Source of the DNA: Laetmonice hystrix
Lineage: Eukaryota
NCBI GenBank assembly: GCA_965235115.1
Contig: OZ249447.1
Coordinates: 7,440,001 to 7,504,000, forward strand
Direction: 5' to 3'
DNA: 64,000 bases
In this document: piece by piece, positions 39,809 through 52,920 of the stretch
Numbering within the stretch: position 1 is the first letter of the stretch
Layout: each line of letters begins with the position of its first letter
Notes under the pieces: model-generated
What the model saw: the letters and a program-made list of their open reading frames with translations, nothing else
What the model was told of the DNA's origin: nothing
Databases searched by the model: none
Position numbers and translations under genes: made by a program

Positions 39809-40949
39809 GTAATCTGGTGGGGTTTCATGATTGGTTGTTTATATGGTGAGGCAGATGGCATGGTGGTGGTGTACCGTGTTGTGGTTTATGGTCGGATCAG
39901 TCATTATGTATCGGAGGGGGGGGGGGGGTGTATCGACTCCAGATATTGAGACAGATTTGAGGGATGTGCAAGGCCTGGAAGATACCACCTCCCACAGCCT
40001 GGTGTCGACCACCCCCGCTCACGTACATAGGGGTCACGATCCGTCAGCCTGCCTGTGGTAGTATAGGTTCATGGGGCAGTGTTTGGCAGGTTTGGTTTCA
40101 TCATGTTGCCTGCCGCTGGACTGGGTAGTATAAGTGGGTGTTGAGCATGTAAAACGAATGGATTGGCAACACCAGTGGGGCAGCAGCCGTGCCAGAGATC
40201 AAAACTGACCTAAGTGGTCTGCCTGTTAAACCTCCATTATGTACATAGCATTTTAGTCAGGAGTCCAAAGTACCGGTAATACGCTCAGCGCCTGCGCGTT
40301 TAATCTGGCCTTGTGAAAATGGTCCAGTCAAGGACAAACCTTTATAAATGTTTAAATTACGCATGGATGCGGTATTTTTACTCTGATCATATTGAAAGCA
40401 TTTAGTGCCACCGCCCAACGTTGGGCAAGGATCAGATTTTTGTGGATTTGCCATCTGAAGTTCATTGTTTCAGAATCGGTATCAGTACTATTTCAATTAA
40501 CAGGTAATGCTTATCTAGAAGTGCATCAGAGTTATTTTTAAAATTTGATTTGTCAATTTTACGGTATCCAGTACAGCCCGCAGAGCGTATCGCCTTAATT
40601 CCGTGGAAGCCAGGGGATTCAATCGGGAATACAAAGGTAATGGTGTTAGTGAACATGTCCTAAAGTACTGCCAGGAAGTGGGCCATTCATTCGTCAGTAC
40701 TCCTGCTGGCACAAGGTCAAACCAGAACACCAGATAACCTTTGCTTTGTTCTTCTACAGGTTGTCCAAAAACTGGTGTATTGTTACAAATTAACATATTC
40801 GTGTGTTAGCAGAGTGTCGGATCCATCAGTTTGGCTCTGGAGGACTGTAGTCCAACCACATGAACTGTGGATGGGTTTTTGAACTGGAAGTGATGGAAGT
40901 AGTTGTGGATGCCAGGAGAAGGAACAAGATTACTTGCAGTGGTTGTTGG

Positions 40950-41470
40950 CAGGATTCCATTCCTGCACCAGCTGGCCCCGTTAACAGTGTCGAAAAGGTG
41001 CACTCTCACAGAGACAGGATTTCATTCCTGCACCAGCTGGCCCCGTTAACAGTGTCGAAAAGGTGCACTCTCACAGAGACAGGATTTCATTCCTGCACCA
41101 GCTGGCCCCGTTAACAGTGTCGAAAAGGTGCACCGTCACAGAGACAGGATTCCATTCCTGCACCAGCTGGCCCCGTTAACAGTGTCGTAAAGGTGCACTC
41201 TCACAGAGACAGGATTACATTCCTCCACCAGCTGGCCCCGTTAACAGTGTCGTAAAGGTGCACTGTCACAGAGACAGGATTTCATTCCTGCACCAGCTGG
41301 CCCCGTTAACAGTGTCGAAAAGGTGCACCGTCACAGAGACAGGATTACATTCCTGCACCAGCTGGCCCCGTTAACAGTGTCGAAAAGGTGCACCGTCACA
41401 GAGACAGGATTCCATTCCTGCACCAGCTGGCCCCGTTAACAGTGTCGAAAAGGTGCACTCTCACAGAGAC
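40950..41470. repeat. 65-bp minisatellite, 8 copies
   Basis: Unit CAGGATTTCATTCCTGCACCAGCTGGCCCCGTTAACAGTGTCGAAAAGGTGCACTCTCACAGAGA. Confidence 0.95.
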
Positions 41471-41937
41471 TCGATTTTCTAGGGTTCCGGATTTCATTTC
41501 GGACAGTGGAAGGGCGTAGAAAACTTCTGCCAATTTAAAGAACGAGAAAATAATTCTGTGAATGAAAATATTCTTCTCTGCATAGACATAACCTCCACTC
41601 AAATAACACTGATTGATTTCAGTACTTAAAGGGAAAAGGGAGCTTTCAAAACATTATCTCGATAAAAATGTAACGTACTAACTAAAAGAGCCTAGACTTT
41701 AATAAAAACATATTCAGCATGTGGTTCTGTGTTCGTCTCTCATCTCCTGTCAGATGTAAAATATTTAATAAGAGAATTGGCGACGTCCTTTGGACCTGTT
41801 AAACGGCGTCGGTTCTTTAAAAAAAACCTTTGTGTGTCAAAGAAATGACAGCTTAACGGTGGCTGCGGCTTGAGCACCATGCGTGGTGTGTTTCTGCCAA
41901 GCCGGCTGACTGTGAGGACGGAAAGCCATGAGGAGAC

Positions 41938-43581
41938 GGAGGGGGATGGAAGGAAGGTTGGGGCGTAGTCGGACAGGATTCTGTCCTTGTGTCGCTGGCG
42001 GTGGGGGTGGGGGTTTGGGGAGGGATGGAAGGAAGGGGGGGGCGTAGTCGAACAGGATTCTGTCCTTGTGTCGCTGTGGGTGGGGGTGGGGGTGGGGGAC
42101 AGGGGAGGGATGGAAGGAAGGTTGGGGCGTAGTCGGACAGGATTCTGTCCTTGTGTCGCTGGCGGTGGGGGTGGGGGTCGGGGACAGGGGAGGGATGGAA
42201 GGAAGGTTGGGGCGTAGTCGGACAGGATTCTGTCCTTGTGTCGCTGGCGGTGGGTGGGGGTGGGGGACAGGGGAGGGATGGAAGGAAGGTTGGGGCGTAG
42301 TCGGACAGGATTCTGTCCTTGTGTCGCTGTGGGTGGGGGTGGGGGTGGGGGACAGGGGAGGGATGGAAGGAAGGTTGGGGCGTAGTCGGACAGGATTCTG
42401 TCCTTGTGTCGCTGGCGGTGGGGGTGGGGGTGGGGGACAGGGGAGGGATGGAAGGAAGGTTGGGGCGTAGTCGGACAGGATTTTGTCCTTGTGTCGCTGG
42501 CGGTGGTGGTGGGGGACAGGGGAGGGATGGAAGGAAGGTTGGGGCGTAGTCGGACAGGATTCTGTCCTTTTGTCGTGGGGGGTGGGGGTGGGGGACAGGG
42601 GAGGGATGGAAGGAAGGTTGGGGCGTAGTCGGACAGGATTCTGTCCTTGTGTCGCGGGCGGTGGGTGGGGGACAGGGGAGGGATGGAAGGAAGGTTGGGG
42701 CGTAGTCGGACAGGATTCTGTCCTTGTGTCGCGGGCGGTGGGTGGGGGACAGGGGAGGGATGGAAGGAAGGTTGGGGCGTAGTCGGACAGGATTCTGTCC
42801 TTGTGTCGCTGGCGGTGGGTGGGGGTGGGGGACAGGGGAGGGATGGAAGGAAGGGGGGGGGCGTAGTCGGACAGGATTCTGTCCTTGTGTCGCGGGCGGT
42901 GGGTGGGGGTGGGGGACAGGGGAGGGATGGAAGGAAGGTTGGGGCGTAGTCGGACAGGATTCTGTCCTTCTGTCGCGGGCGGTGGGTGGGGGTGGGGGAC
43001 AGGGGAGGGATGGAAGGAAGGTTGGGGCGTAGTCGGACAGGATTCTGTCCTTGTGTCGTTGGGGGGGGGGGGACAGGGGAGGGATGGAAGGAAGGTTGGG
43101 GCGTAGTCGGACAGGATTCTGTCCTTGTGTCGCGGGCGGTGGGGGTGGAGGTGGGGGTGGGGGACAGGGGAGGGATGGAAGGAAGGTTGGGGCGTAGTCG
43201 GACAGGATTCTGTCCTTGTGTCGCGGGCGGGGGGTGGGGGTGGGGGACAGGGGAGGGATGGAAGGAAGGTTGGGGCGTAGTCGGACAGGATTCTGTCCTT
43301 GTGTCGCTGGCGGTGGGGGTCGGGGACAGGGGAGGGATGGAAGGAAGGTTGGGGCGTAGTCGGACAGGATTCTGTCCTTGTATCGCTGGTGGTGGGTGGG
43401 GGTGGGGGACAGGGGAGGGATGGAAGGAAGGTTGGGGCGTAGTCGGACAGGATTCTGTCCTTGTGTCGCTGGCGGTGGGGGTCGGGGACAGGGGAGGGAT
43501 GGAAGGAAGGTTGGGGCGTAGTCGGACAGGATTCTGTCCTTGTATCGCTGGTGGTGGGTGGGGGTGGGGGACAGGGGAGGG
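41938..43581. repeat. Very G-rich ~70-85-bp minisatellite, ~21 copies, with G-quadruplex potential
   Basis: Core GGGGACAGGGGAGGGATGGAAGGAAGGTTGGGGCGTAGTCGGACAGGATTCTGTCCTTGTGTCGC plus a variable (GGGGGT)n spacer. Confidence 0.95.
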
Positions 43582-44714
43582 TTGCGGAGATCAAAGACAT
43601 CCTGAACATTACAAACACATCTCTGGTATGATGAACGTTTCTGCTTGTGTCGCACGTATCGATCTGCGCAAGTTCATGTCTACTCTGTTACCTGTCACCA
43701 AACCCACCCGCCAACCTGTACTGGAAGAGGAGTGTCTTGTGGAATTATTGGCTATTTTAGACTACAAATCTAGCTGTGAGGGATTATGTTATGACATTGA
43801 TGAAAATGTGGTACAGATTTCCCGTTTTAATTATAGCTCCGACATAAAGGTGCGTACTAATTACATGTTAGATTAAGAGATGACGGTCGTTACGTCAGCT
43901 AATAAAGGATCCTATTTTTAGACGTTATGCAAGGGTCAGCCAGGTTCCTTGTGATGTACCAGTAGTCAATAACATCAGACATATACGGAGATTGCTATAG
44001 TTACATAATGAGCCAGGGTATTATTAATTTTCTTGTATGTCAACACGTCTGGTGTCCTTGGGAGATTGCTTACCCATAGATATATAATCATTTTGGTTCG
44101 TTAAAGTGCTCCGTCAAACCTACAACCGATATAAGTTAATAAGCAAGGTGTTGAAAGTGTCTCTGTGTCGGGTTTCCCCAGTAGGCCTACTGTGATACAT
44201 TGGGAGGTAACACAGTAATGTAAGAGTTCTGTGTAGGTTGTCGCCTGAAGACCTACCAGTAACAAGACAACCGCTGAGTGATACCGGCTCATAACCACTC
44301 CGGCCATCATGAATATCTCACTCATAATTGAACCGAAGTTATTTGTGCCAGTAGTATATGAGAAGTTGTCCTTGCTGCGTGCAGGTCCACACCAGGGGAC
44401 ACCTTATTGGCTTATACAGGTGGTGTCAGGATGACCCATAGAAAATATGACTCTGAATAAAGTCAACGCTCATTCTTCTCTGATTTTTTCAGTTGGTTTC
44501 TGTTATCAGATGTCAATAGATAAAGGTGTATTGATGGGATTGGTCGGCCGTTTTATTGAGTAGGTGGAGTGGGTGGTTGAGATACTTGATATACCATCAG
44601 TCAGATACTGGATTGTGTAGGCGTTTACCTGCCCGGTTATTATTGTTGATATCAGCATGTTGACGACTCCCTGTCATGATAGTTAATGTGTGCTATTGTG
44701 TTTGTGTGTTTCAG

Positions 44715-44770
44715 GTACGTATAATGGCGTTCTAGTTCAACCTCCACAAGCCGAGCGCGGCCCCGGTACT
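44715..44770 (+). CDS. Candidate small internal exon of the kinase N-terminal region, (G)TYNGVLVQPPQAERGPGT
   Basis: TTTGTGTGTTTCAG acceptor, 56 nt open from phase 1 to phase 0, ACT|GTAAGT donor. No firm homology recognised. Confidence 0.35.
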
Positions 44771-45439
44771 GTAAGTACGGTGGCCCAGCAGGGCAGGAAA
44801 TTGAATTGTGTAATGTCGGTTTTCCGGGACGTCTTCCTTGCAATGCTGCACTCAGTGTCACGTGTAGACGTGTTTTGTTTGGCATATGTCCACAGCTGGG
44901 TGATTAGGAAGGAAAGTGAGGAGAGTCTCAAACACTTTGTGAATCATGGCTGAATTAGTGATGAGAATTATAGTTTTCTCCGCGTGCAGATTAATTCGGT
45001 CCTCTGACTCCATTATAAACCGGCAGCTTTAGATTAGGAATTATAATAGTTCCAGGTGCATTAGTAGAAATTATGACGTTATTCATTTGTAGAGAAGGTG
45101 TCTGTAATCAAATCTGTAACGTTTGTTTGCAAACCGAACGTTCTGCGTGGTTTTATCGGAGTTTTATCACATGGAACATGCAACGAACACGTTAGCATGA
45201 GGTATAATTTGTCACCACGAATGCATTTGTAGTACTAGAATTGGTTGTTTTTAGGTCCGAGGGAAGGCCTTGAAACATTTCATCAATTTTACAGAAATGT
45301 TTTGAGTCATCATGTTTAGGTTGATGGCCATGGATGATGAATTATTACATTTTTGCGCGACAAATACGTGAAAAACGATTCTTATAATGGTAAAAACACC
45401 AGAATTTCCTCAGATTTTTTTTTTTTTTTATAAATGACT

Positions 45440-45569
45440 GGACCCAGTTCTTTAACAACTGCAGATCTTGCGTAAGCTTAACACTTCTCATTGGCTGCTG
45501 TTGTCCTCCGGCCAATTAAAACAGTTAAGCATAGCTTAAGCAATATATTATGGTTTTAAGAACGGGTCC
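45440..45569. mobile_element. PIF/Harbinger-like MITE
   Basis: GGACCCAGTTCTTTAAC ... GTTTTAAGAACGGGTCC imperfect inverted termini, with CTG at both flanks. Confidence 0.5.
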
Positions 45570-46908
45570 CTGAAAATTGCTATCGTTTAGGGCCTGCACC
45601 GAACAATATAATCACGGAGTCCTCACCCTTTGATGAAAAAGGTCACCGGAGGTCGTGACCTGTTGACCTATGGGGCCGTATTAGCCCGACAAACCGTGAT
45701 ATGACCGTTTGAGGTGGCCAGGGGACGCCTCAGGCTGGCGTCGTGGTTTAGTTGTGAATTTGTCATTTTATTGGCAAGTCAAGGTTTCAGACCTGATGAC
45801 GATCACGACTCAGCGTGGATGACGATATCAGAGTTTCTCCCCGGCGTGAGTTCCCGTGACCGGTGTGAGGGCAACGGGAGAGGTTAATTAGTAGGACTTG
45901 TAAATTGATCTCTGCTAGGAGCATTGGGCTGTAATTAAGGATGGGTTCATTGCATTCTCACAACTATATCTGGGGCGGATATGGAGGAAATCTATGTACA
46001 AATGTTCTCAAGTTCAAGAATCATAATTTATTTATCTTTATCTTGAGGAATGATGTTAGGAATCAGTAGTGATGCCAGTTTTCTGAACCTCTGTGAAAGG
46101 TTTGAATAGAATCAAGGAGTGTGCTGTATCTCCTACTGTAACTGGGGAGTCATCCCCAGCACACGCTGAGTCTGACATTATGTGGCTGTGTATAAAATAG
46201 CGACAAATTTACCAAGCAGTTGAGATGGCAAGAAGAGAGAGCATCCCAAATTTAGAAAACTACATTATAATAGTTTTGCCGTGGATGTGTTATTACTGTA
46301 TGTAAGTAGTGCACTCTTACATCATTCTGCTGGTCTGGCGTTCTGTGTGATTTAATTGACAGGTTACCATACTCATTAATCACATCGATAATTTATCATG
46401 ACGTATAATTACGTACAGATCTATACTGTACTCGTTCTCAGACGGTGCCAGCAGTGTGGAGTAATCTACCCTACTTCTCTCATCCTATTCATCTTCCCCC
46501 TTAATCAGTGTGACCCAGGTGGGTTAATCTTTCAGTTTACCCCAAACGGATTATTATTACCCCCTACTCGCCCTTTCTAGACACAGGATGAGAATGAGAG
46601 AGAATCTCAGCCCAGGGTGGCATGAAACATCCAGGAGGGCAAAGTTCCCGGTGCTTGGAGGGCAGTGGGAAGGGAATAATGATGGAATAAATTTCCTTTT
46701 TGGCAGTTTGGTCGGTACGGAAGAAGTGCCAAGCCTGCTACACTTATAACGACCACTGGCCAGAGGTGTTGGGGCTACACAATAGGAGCTTAATTAGATC
46801 CCGATGATTAATTGGCTAGGGACAAAGGACTGTGTGGAGGAGAGTGGTTGGAGTGTGTTAGGTTGGGCTGGTATTCACTGGGATGTAGTCCACCAATGAT
46901 TGAGACAG

Positions 46909-47658
46909 CTACTGTACTGTCAGCCATTCACAGTCAGCCTACTAGTACTGTCAGCCATTCACAGTCAGCCTACTAGTACTGTCAGCCATTCACAGTCAGC
47001 CTACTAGTACTGTCAGCCATTCACAGTCAGCCTACTAGTACTGTCAGCCATTCACAGTCAGCCTACTAGTACTGTCAGCCATTCACAGTCAGCCTACTAG
47101 TACTGTCAGCCATTCACAGTCAGCCTACTAGTACTGTCAGCCATTCACAGTCAGCCTACTAGTACTGTCAGCCATTCACAGTCAGCCTACTAGTACTGTC
47201 AGCCATTCACAGTCAGCCTACTAGTACTGTCAGCCATTCACAGTCAGCCTACTAGTACTGTCAGCCATTCACGGTCAGCCTACTAGTACTGTCAGCCATT
47301 CACGGTCAGCCTACTAGTACTGTCAGCCATTCACGGTCAGTCTACTAGTACTGTCAGCCATTCACGGTCAGCCTACTAGTACTGTCAGCCATTCACGGTC
47401 AGCCTACTAGTACTGTCAGCCATTCACAGTCAGCCTACTAGTACTGTCAGCCATTCACAGTCAGCCTACTAGTACTGTCAGCCATTCACAGTCAGCCTAC
47501 TAGTACTGTCAGCCATTCACAGTCAGCCTACTAGTACTGTCAGCCATTCACAGTCAGCCTACTAGTACTGTCAGCCATTCACAGTCAGCCTACTAGTACT
47601 GTCAGCCATTCACGGTCAGCCTACTACTACTAGTACTGTCAGCCAATTACGGTCAGCC
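46909..47658. repeat. 31-bp minisatellite, ~24 copies
   Basis: Unit CTACTAGTACTGTCAGCCATTCACAGTCAGC, containing the palindrome TACTAGTA; A/G variant blocks. Confidence 0.97.
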
Positions 47659-47724
47659 TTGTGGGGTTTTGGTATTCTAATAGTTGTGGCACCACTATCG
47701 TTACGTGGAGAGGCCCTAGAGGCT

Positions 47725-47915
47725 CGCTGTGGCCTCCTACTCCCCCTCCCCCCCCCTCCTCTTCCTCCTCCCTTTCCCCTTCCTCCTCCTGGTCCTGTCC
47801 CTGTCCCTCTTTTTCCTTCCCCTCTTTTTCCGTTTCCTCCTTCCTCCTGTTGTTGCTGCTGCTGCTCCTCCTGCGCCTCCTCATTCTCACAACTCATCCT
47901 CATCCTCCCCAACCA
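47725..47915. repeat. Polypyrimidine/polypurine low-complexity tract
   Basis: Long CCT/CCCT/TTCC-rich run with a short (GCT)n segment. Confidence 0.8.
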
Positions 47916-48732
47916 TCACAGATGTCGTCAGAGGACTGATATCAACAGTGGACCCGTCATGTGTAGGCCAGGGGTCGGTCGGCCATGAAGGGACGGCAAG
48001 GTCATAGACCTGTAGGTGTTCTTCGTGTTCCATCTCATCGCCTGGCCGTCACCGTCTGGGTGATTGTGACGTCAGCAGTGTCTGTTTCTCACCGCTGACT
48101 ACTGAACCGGTCGGTGTACCTGTCTGGTACACGACTTCCAGCATTCACTCTTCTTTATATTACAAGTTTTCTTTACAAAAGTACGACCGGGTTCATGCAC
48201 CGATTTGGTCGTAGTTTATGATCATAATCTAGGCTATGTGGGAGAAAATACGATATAGGAAATGGAATCCTTTTAGATACACTCCATAGTTATCGTGCTA
48301 CAGGTAGAAAGAAAGCAAACAGGACGTGCTGGCATTGTTAGAAGTGAGGTAAGTCGGAAGTGCACTAAGAGACGGAAACTTGAGGCAGGAAGGCGGGGGG
48401 GGGGGGGTACCGACATCTTGAGTAGTTATAGGTATTCTGTCTGTTCCTATCTCTCCAGGTGCTTGGCTTACTCCATGAACTATCAGAATTAAACATATAT
48501 CTGAATTTATTTAAATTGCGAATCGAAAGTGCTTTAATGTGTGTAAGTCGCCGTCGCAATTAGTTGTCCTATATATAGACTCAAATGAAGGAATTAAAAA
48601 CGTTGTTAATCAAGTGCAGCTACAGTTTAATATAATCGATATTTATATCTTGTGGAATGCAAATCTATAGTGTATAGAGTGTAGCAGTACGCGAGATTTT
48701 CTTTCCACAACACACTTTGTTACGTAAATATG

Positions 48733-49165
48733 GAAGTATATGTATATGGATACTGTACATAGGAACAGGGCAGGCCGTCGGATATTGAAGTACATGTATA
48801 TGGATACTGTACATAGGAACAGGGCAGGCCGTCGGATATTGAAGTACATGTATATGGATACTGTACATAGGAACAGGGCAGGCCGTCGGATATTGAAGTA
48901 CATGTATATGGATACTGTACATAGGAACAGGGCAGGCCGTCGGATATTGAAGTACATGTATATGGATACTGTACATAGGAACAGGGCAGGCCGTCGGATA
49001 TTGAAGTACATGTATATGGATACTGTACATAGGAACAGGGCAGGCCGTCGGATATTGAAGTACATGTATATGGATACTGTACATAGGAACAGGGCAGGTC
49101 GTCGGATATTGAAGTACATGTATATGGATACTGTACATAGGAACAGGGCAGGCCGTCGGATATTA
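48733..49165. repeat. 54-bp minisatellite, 8 copies
   Basis: Unit ATGTATATGGATACTGTACATAGGAACAGGGCAGGCCGTCGGATATTGAAGTAC. Confidence 0.97.
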
Positions 49166-49744
49166 AGGTTAATGAGTGCACACAGAGTTGTAACACGCAG
49201 ATCTGAATGATGTCAAGGAGAAGGGTTTATGAGTATCATGAGAAAGTATGAGGACTTCTATGATATACTCAAAATGTAATCTACTCATTTAATTTTACCC
49301 AGCTCTTTGACCAGTTTCCCACCCCAGCCCCACCTGACTATAGTCTAGAGTAGGAGATTGAGTCGCGGGGCATTTGGCTTCGGCCAACGTTTCAGTTAAT
49401 TGCTGTTTTCAACGTGCAAATGTTTGTATTCTCAGCAAAGCCTCATTTATAACCAGGAGGAAATTAGTGCTTTGGCATTAATCATACCTAATTCGTATGC
49501 AGGCTTCACGTCCCACAGGTGGACTGTATAAAGCTAAGTGTAAGTGTTTGGTATTTGTTGATATAGTCGTCAGTTCATGTACGTAATTTGGCACTCGCCT
49601 CTCTGACCGGTTGTTACAAACCATAAGAACCCTATTCAATAATTCACCATTAAGCTGGTGTTTTTTAAGTGACCTTATCGAGGAAGTGGTTGGGGGAATA
49701 GGGGTGCGTTTGATTGTTTACTACTGAGTGATGAGTTGGTGCTA

Positions 49745-50405
49745 GGTTACCACCACCTACTGAACCTACCTGTACTGGCGGGTGGTATTGCTGCCTGGGT
49801 TACCGACACCTAGTGAACCTACCTGTACTGGCGGGTGGTATTGCCACCACCTAGTGAACCTACCTGTACTGGCGGGTGGTATTGCCACCACCTAGTGAAC
49901 CTACCTGTACTGGCGGGTGGTATTGCTGCCTGGGTTACCGACACCTAGTGAACCTACCTGCACTGGCGGGTGGTATTGCCACCACCTAGTGAACCTACCT
50001 GTACTGGCGGGTGGTATTGCTGCCTGGGTTACCACCACCTAGTGAACCTACCTGTACTGGCGGGCGGTATTGCTGCCTTGGTTACCACCACCTAGTGAAC
50101 CTACCTGTACTGGCGGGTGGTATTGCTGCCTGGGTTACCACCACCTAGTGAACCTACCTGTACTGGCGGGCGGTATTGCTGCCTTGGTTACCACCACCTA
50201 GTGAACCTACCTGTACTGGCGGGTGGTATTGCTGCCTGGGTTACCACCACCTAGTGAACCTACCTGTACTGGCGGGCGGTATTGCTGCCTGGGTTACCAC
50301 CACCTAGTGAACCTACCTGTACTGGCGGGTGGTATTGCTGCCTGGGTTACCACCACCTAGTGAACCTACCTGTACTGGCGGGCGGTATTGCTGATGCTGC
50401 CTGGG
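49745..50405. repeat. 41/53-bp minisatellite, ~13 copies
   Basis: Unit CTAGTGAACCTACCTGTACTGGCGGGTGGTATTGCTGCCTGGGTTACCACCAC and a 12-nt-shorter variant. Confidence 0.95.
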
Positions 50406-50842
50406 CGAAGTTCAGGCCTAGAGATTGAAATCTTGACGCCAATGTTATGTGAGGTGGGCGAGCTAGGAGCTCCCCGGGAACAGGTAGAAACTGTGTGGAA
50501 CAGGTGAAAACATTTCAGTCATCTCCCTGCTCGACCCAGACACATTCAGATCTGTGGTTGACTATGTTAGGAGGCAAAGCATGTCATCACTATTGATGGG
50601 TCATCCCAACAGTCTATTCTCCCATGATGGTCGTGTCGAAGTTGGAGATGGGTCGATGTTTTTGAAACCCCAGCATCTTTTATGTAATTATGTTTTCTGA
50701 TTCATTTCTGAAGAATTATGTTTATAAATATACCCTATACGGGGTGATATCGAATGGTTGGCAGTTTGGAACGTGTCGTATATCAACCCTTCATCAGTGT
50801 AGCCGGAGACGAGTACCGCAGTGTTTAAAATGAGGTTTAAAA

Positions 50843-51655
50843 GTGTCGGATTGCCTGTCAAGATGTCTGACATTTCGAGTCCAAGGTGTCTGCTGACTAT
50901 ATACTGTGTTGGATTGCCTATCAACATATCTGAGCAGCTCTTGATCCTGCAGACATTTCGAGTCCAAGGTGTCTGCTGACTATGCTGTGTCGTATTGCCT
51001 TTCAACATGTCTGAGCAGTTCTTGATCCTACAGACATTTCGAGTCCAAGGTGTCTGCTGACTATACTGTGTCGGATCGATTGCCTTTCAACATGTCTGAG
51101 CAGTTCTTGATCCTACAGACATTTCGAGTCCAAGGTGTCTGCTGACTATGCTGTGTCGGATTGCCTTTCAACATGTCTGAGCAGCTCTTGATCTTGCCGA
51201 CATTTCGAGTCCAAGGTGTCTGCTGACTTGTCTGCTGACTATACTGTGTCGGATTGCCTGTCAGCATGTCTGAGCAGCTCTTGATCCTACCGACATTTCG
51301 AGTCCAAGGTGTCTGCTGACTATACTGTGTCGGATTGCCTGTCAGCATGTCTGAGCAGCTCTTGATCCTACCGACATTTCGAGTCCAAGGTGTCTGCTGA
51401 CTATACTGTGTCGGATTGCCTGTCAGCATGTCTGAGCAGCTCTTGATCCTACCGACATTTCGAGTCCGAGGTGTCTGCTGACTATGCTGTATCAGATTGC
51501 CTATCAACATATCTGAGCAGCTCTTGATCCTGCCGACATTTCGAGTCCAAGGTGTCTGCTGACTATGCTGTGTCGGATTGCCTATCAACATGTCTGAGCA
51601 GCTCTTGATCCTGCCGACATTTCGAGTCCAAGGTGTCTGCTGACTATGCTGCTGT
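50843..51655. repeat. 81-bp minisatellite, ~10 copies
   Basis: Unit TGTCTGAGCAGCTCTTGATCCTACCGACATTTCGAGTCCAAGGTGTCTGCTGACTATACTGTGTCGGATTGCCTGTCAGCA. Confidence 0.95.
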
Positions 51656-51795
51656 GATCCCCGAGATGTCGGGGTTGTGACAGAGAAGATGATGACAGAT
51701 GATGACCCTAATTGACGTCGATCCTCCCACACCTTGGTGTTGGCCACAGCTGGGGCGGGATCGGTGTGAATGGCGTCGGTCGGCGTGCCCTCCCT

Positions 51796-51850
51796 GCGGC
51801 TGGCAGGCGGCTGGCAGGCGGCTGGCAGGCGGCTGGCAGGCGGCTGGCAG
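51796..51850. repeat. 11-bp tandem repeat, 5 copies
   Basis: (GCGGCTGGCAG)5. Confidence 0.9.
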
Positions 51851-52148
51851 GCAGCAGCAGGACCCACCGAACGCTGAGCGAAGTGGTCCGCAATAATTTG
51901 ACCTGGAGTGCAGGATGAATTTAAAATAGTTATTTTTGTGAGGACACAATGAGATACCCTTTTTACGGTTCCCGTTTGGCATATTGATCCCGGTTTTTAA
52001 AGTCTGCAGGGTTTCCTTAAGCAAAAAAGTCCTCTGGTCGTGAATCTATTGAGATGTTTTGTAAGGGTGGAATCGGGAATGAACATCAGGAAGGTTGAGT
52101 GATGGTCAAGAACGCGCCCACTCTGTATGATGATGAAGATAATGGGAA

Positions 52149-52920
52149 GGTATGAGTGGAAGCGGTACGACTGCTGCTTGAGTCGGTCCAGTCTCGTCCG
52201 TCACACAGACAGGGAGGCTGGTATGAGTGGAAGCGGTACGATTGCTGCTTGAGTCGGTCCAGTCTCGTCCGTCACACAAACAGGGAGGATGGTATGAGTG
52301 GAAGCGGTACGACTGCTGCTTGAGTCGGTCCAGTCTCGTCCGTCACACAGACAGGGAGGATGGTATGAGTGGAAGCCGTACGACTGCTGCTTGAGTCGGT
52401 CCAGTCTCGTCCGTCACACAAACAGGGAGGATGGTATGAGTGGAAGCGGTACGATTGCTGCTTGAGTCGGTCCAGTCTCGTCCGTCACACAAACAGGGAG
52501 GATGGTATGAGTGGAAGCAGTACGACTGCTGCTTGAGTCGGTCCAGTCTCGTCCGTCACACAGACTGGGAGGATGGTATGAGTGGAAGCGGTACGACTGC
52601 TGCTTGAGTCGGTCCAGTCTCGTCCGTCACACAGACAGGGAGGATGGTATGAGTGGAAGCGGTACGACTGCTGCTTGAGTCGGTCCAGTCTCGTGCGTCA
52701 CACAGACAGGGAGGATGGTATGAGTGGGAGCGGTACGACTGCTTGAGTCGGTCCAGTCTCGTCCGTCACACAAACAGGGAGGATGGTATGAGTGGAAGCG
52801 GTACGACTGCTGCTTGAGTCGGTCCAGTCTCGTCCGTCACACAGACAGGGAGGATGGTATGAGTGGAAGCGGTACGACTGCTGCTTGAGTCGGTCCAGTC
52901 TCGTCCGTCACACAAACAGG
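52149..52920. repeat. 71-bp minisatellite, ~11 copies
   Basis: Unit GGTATGAGTGGAAGCGGTACGACTGCTGCTTGAGTCGGTCCAGTCTCGTCCGTCACACAGACAGGGAGGAT. Confidence 0.97.

Noticed and set aside
39943-40061. DIETDLRDVQGLEDTTSHSL as a kinase exon 3
   Set aside because: Acceptor lacks a pyrimidine tract; similarity to CDK17 is limited to TSHS.
41837-43876. 593-, 600- and 296-aa Pro/Gly-rich ORFs
   Set aside because: All come from the G-rich tandem array, with several frames open at once on both strands.
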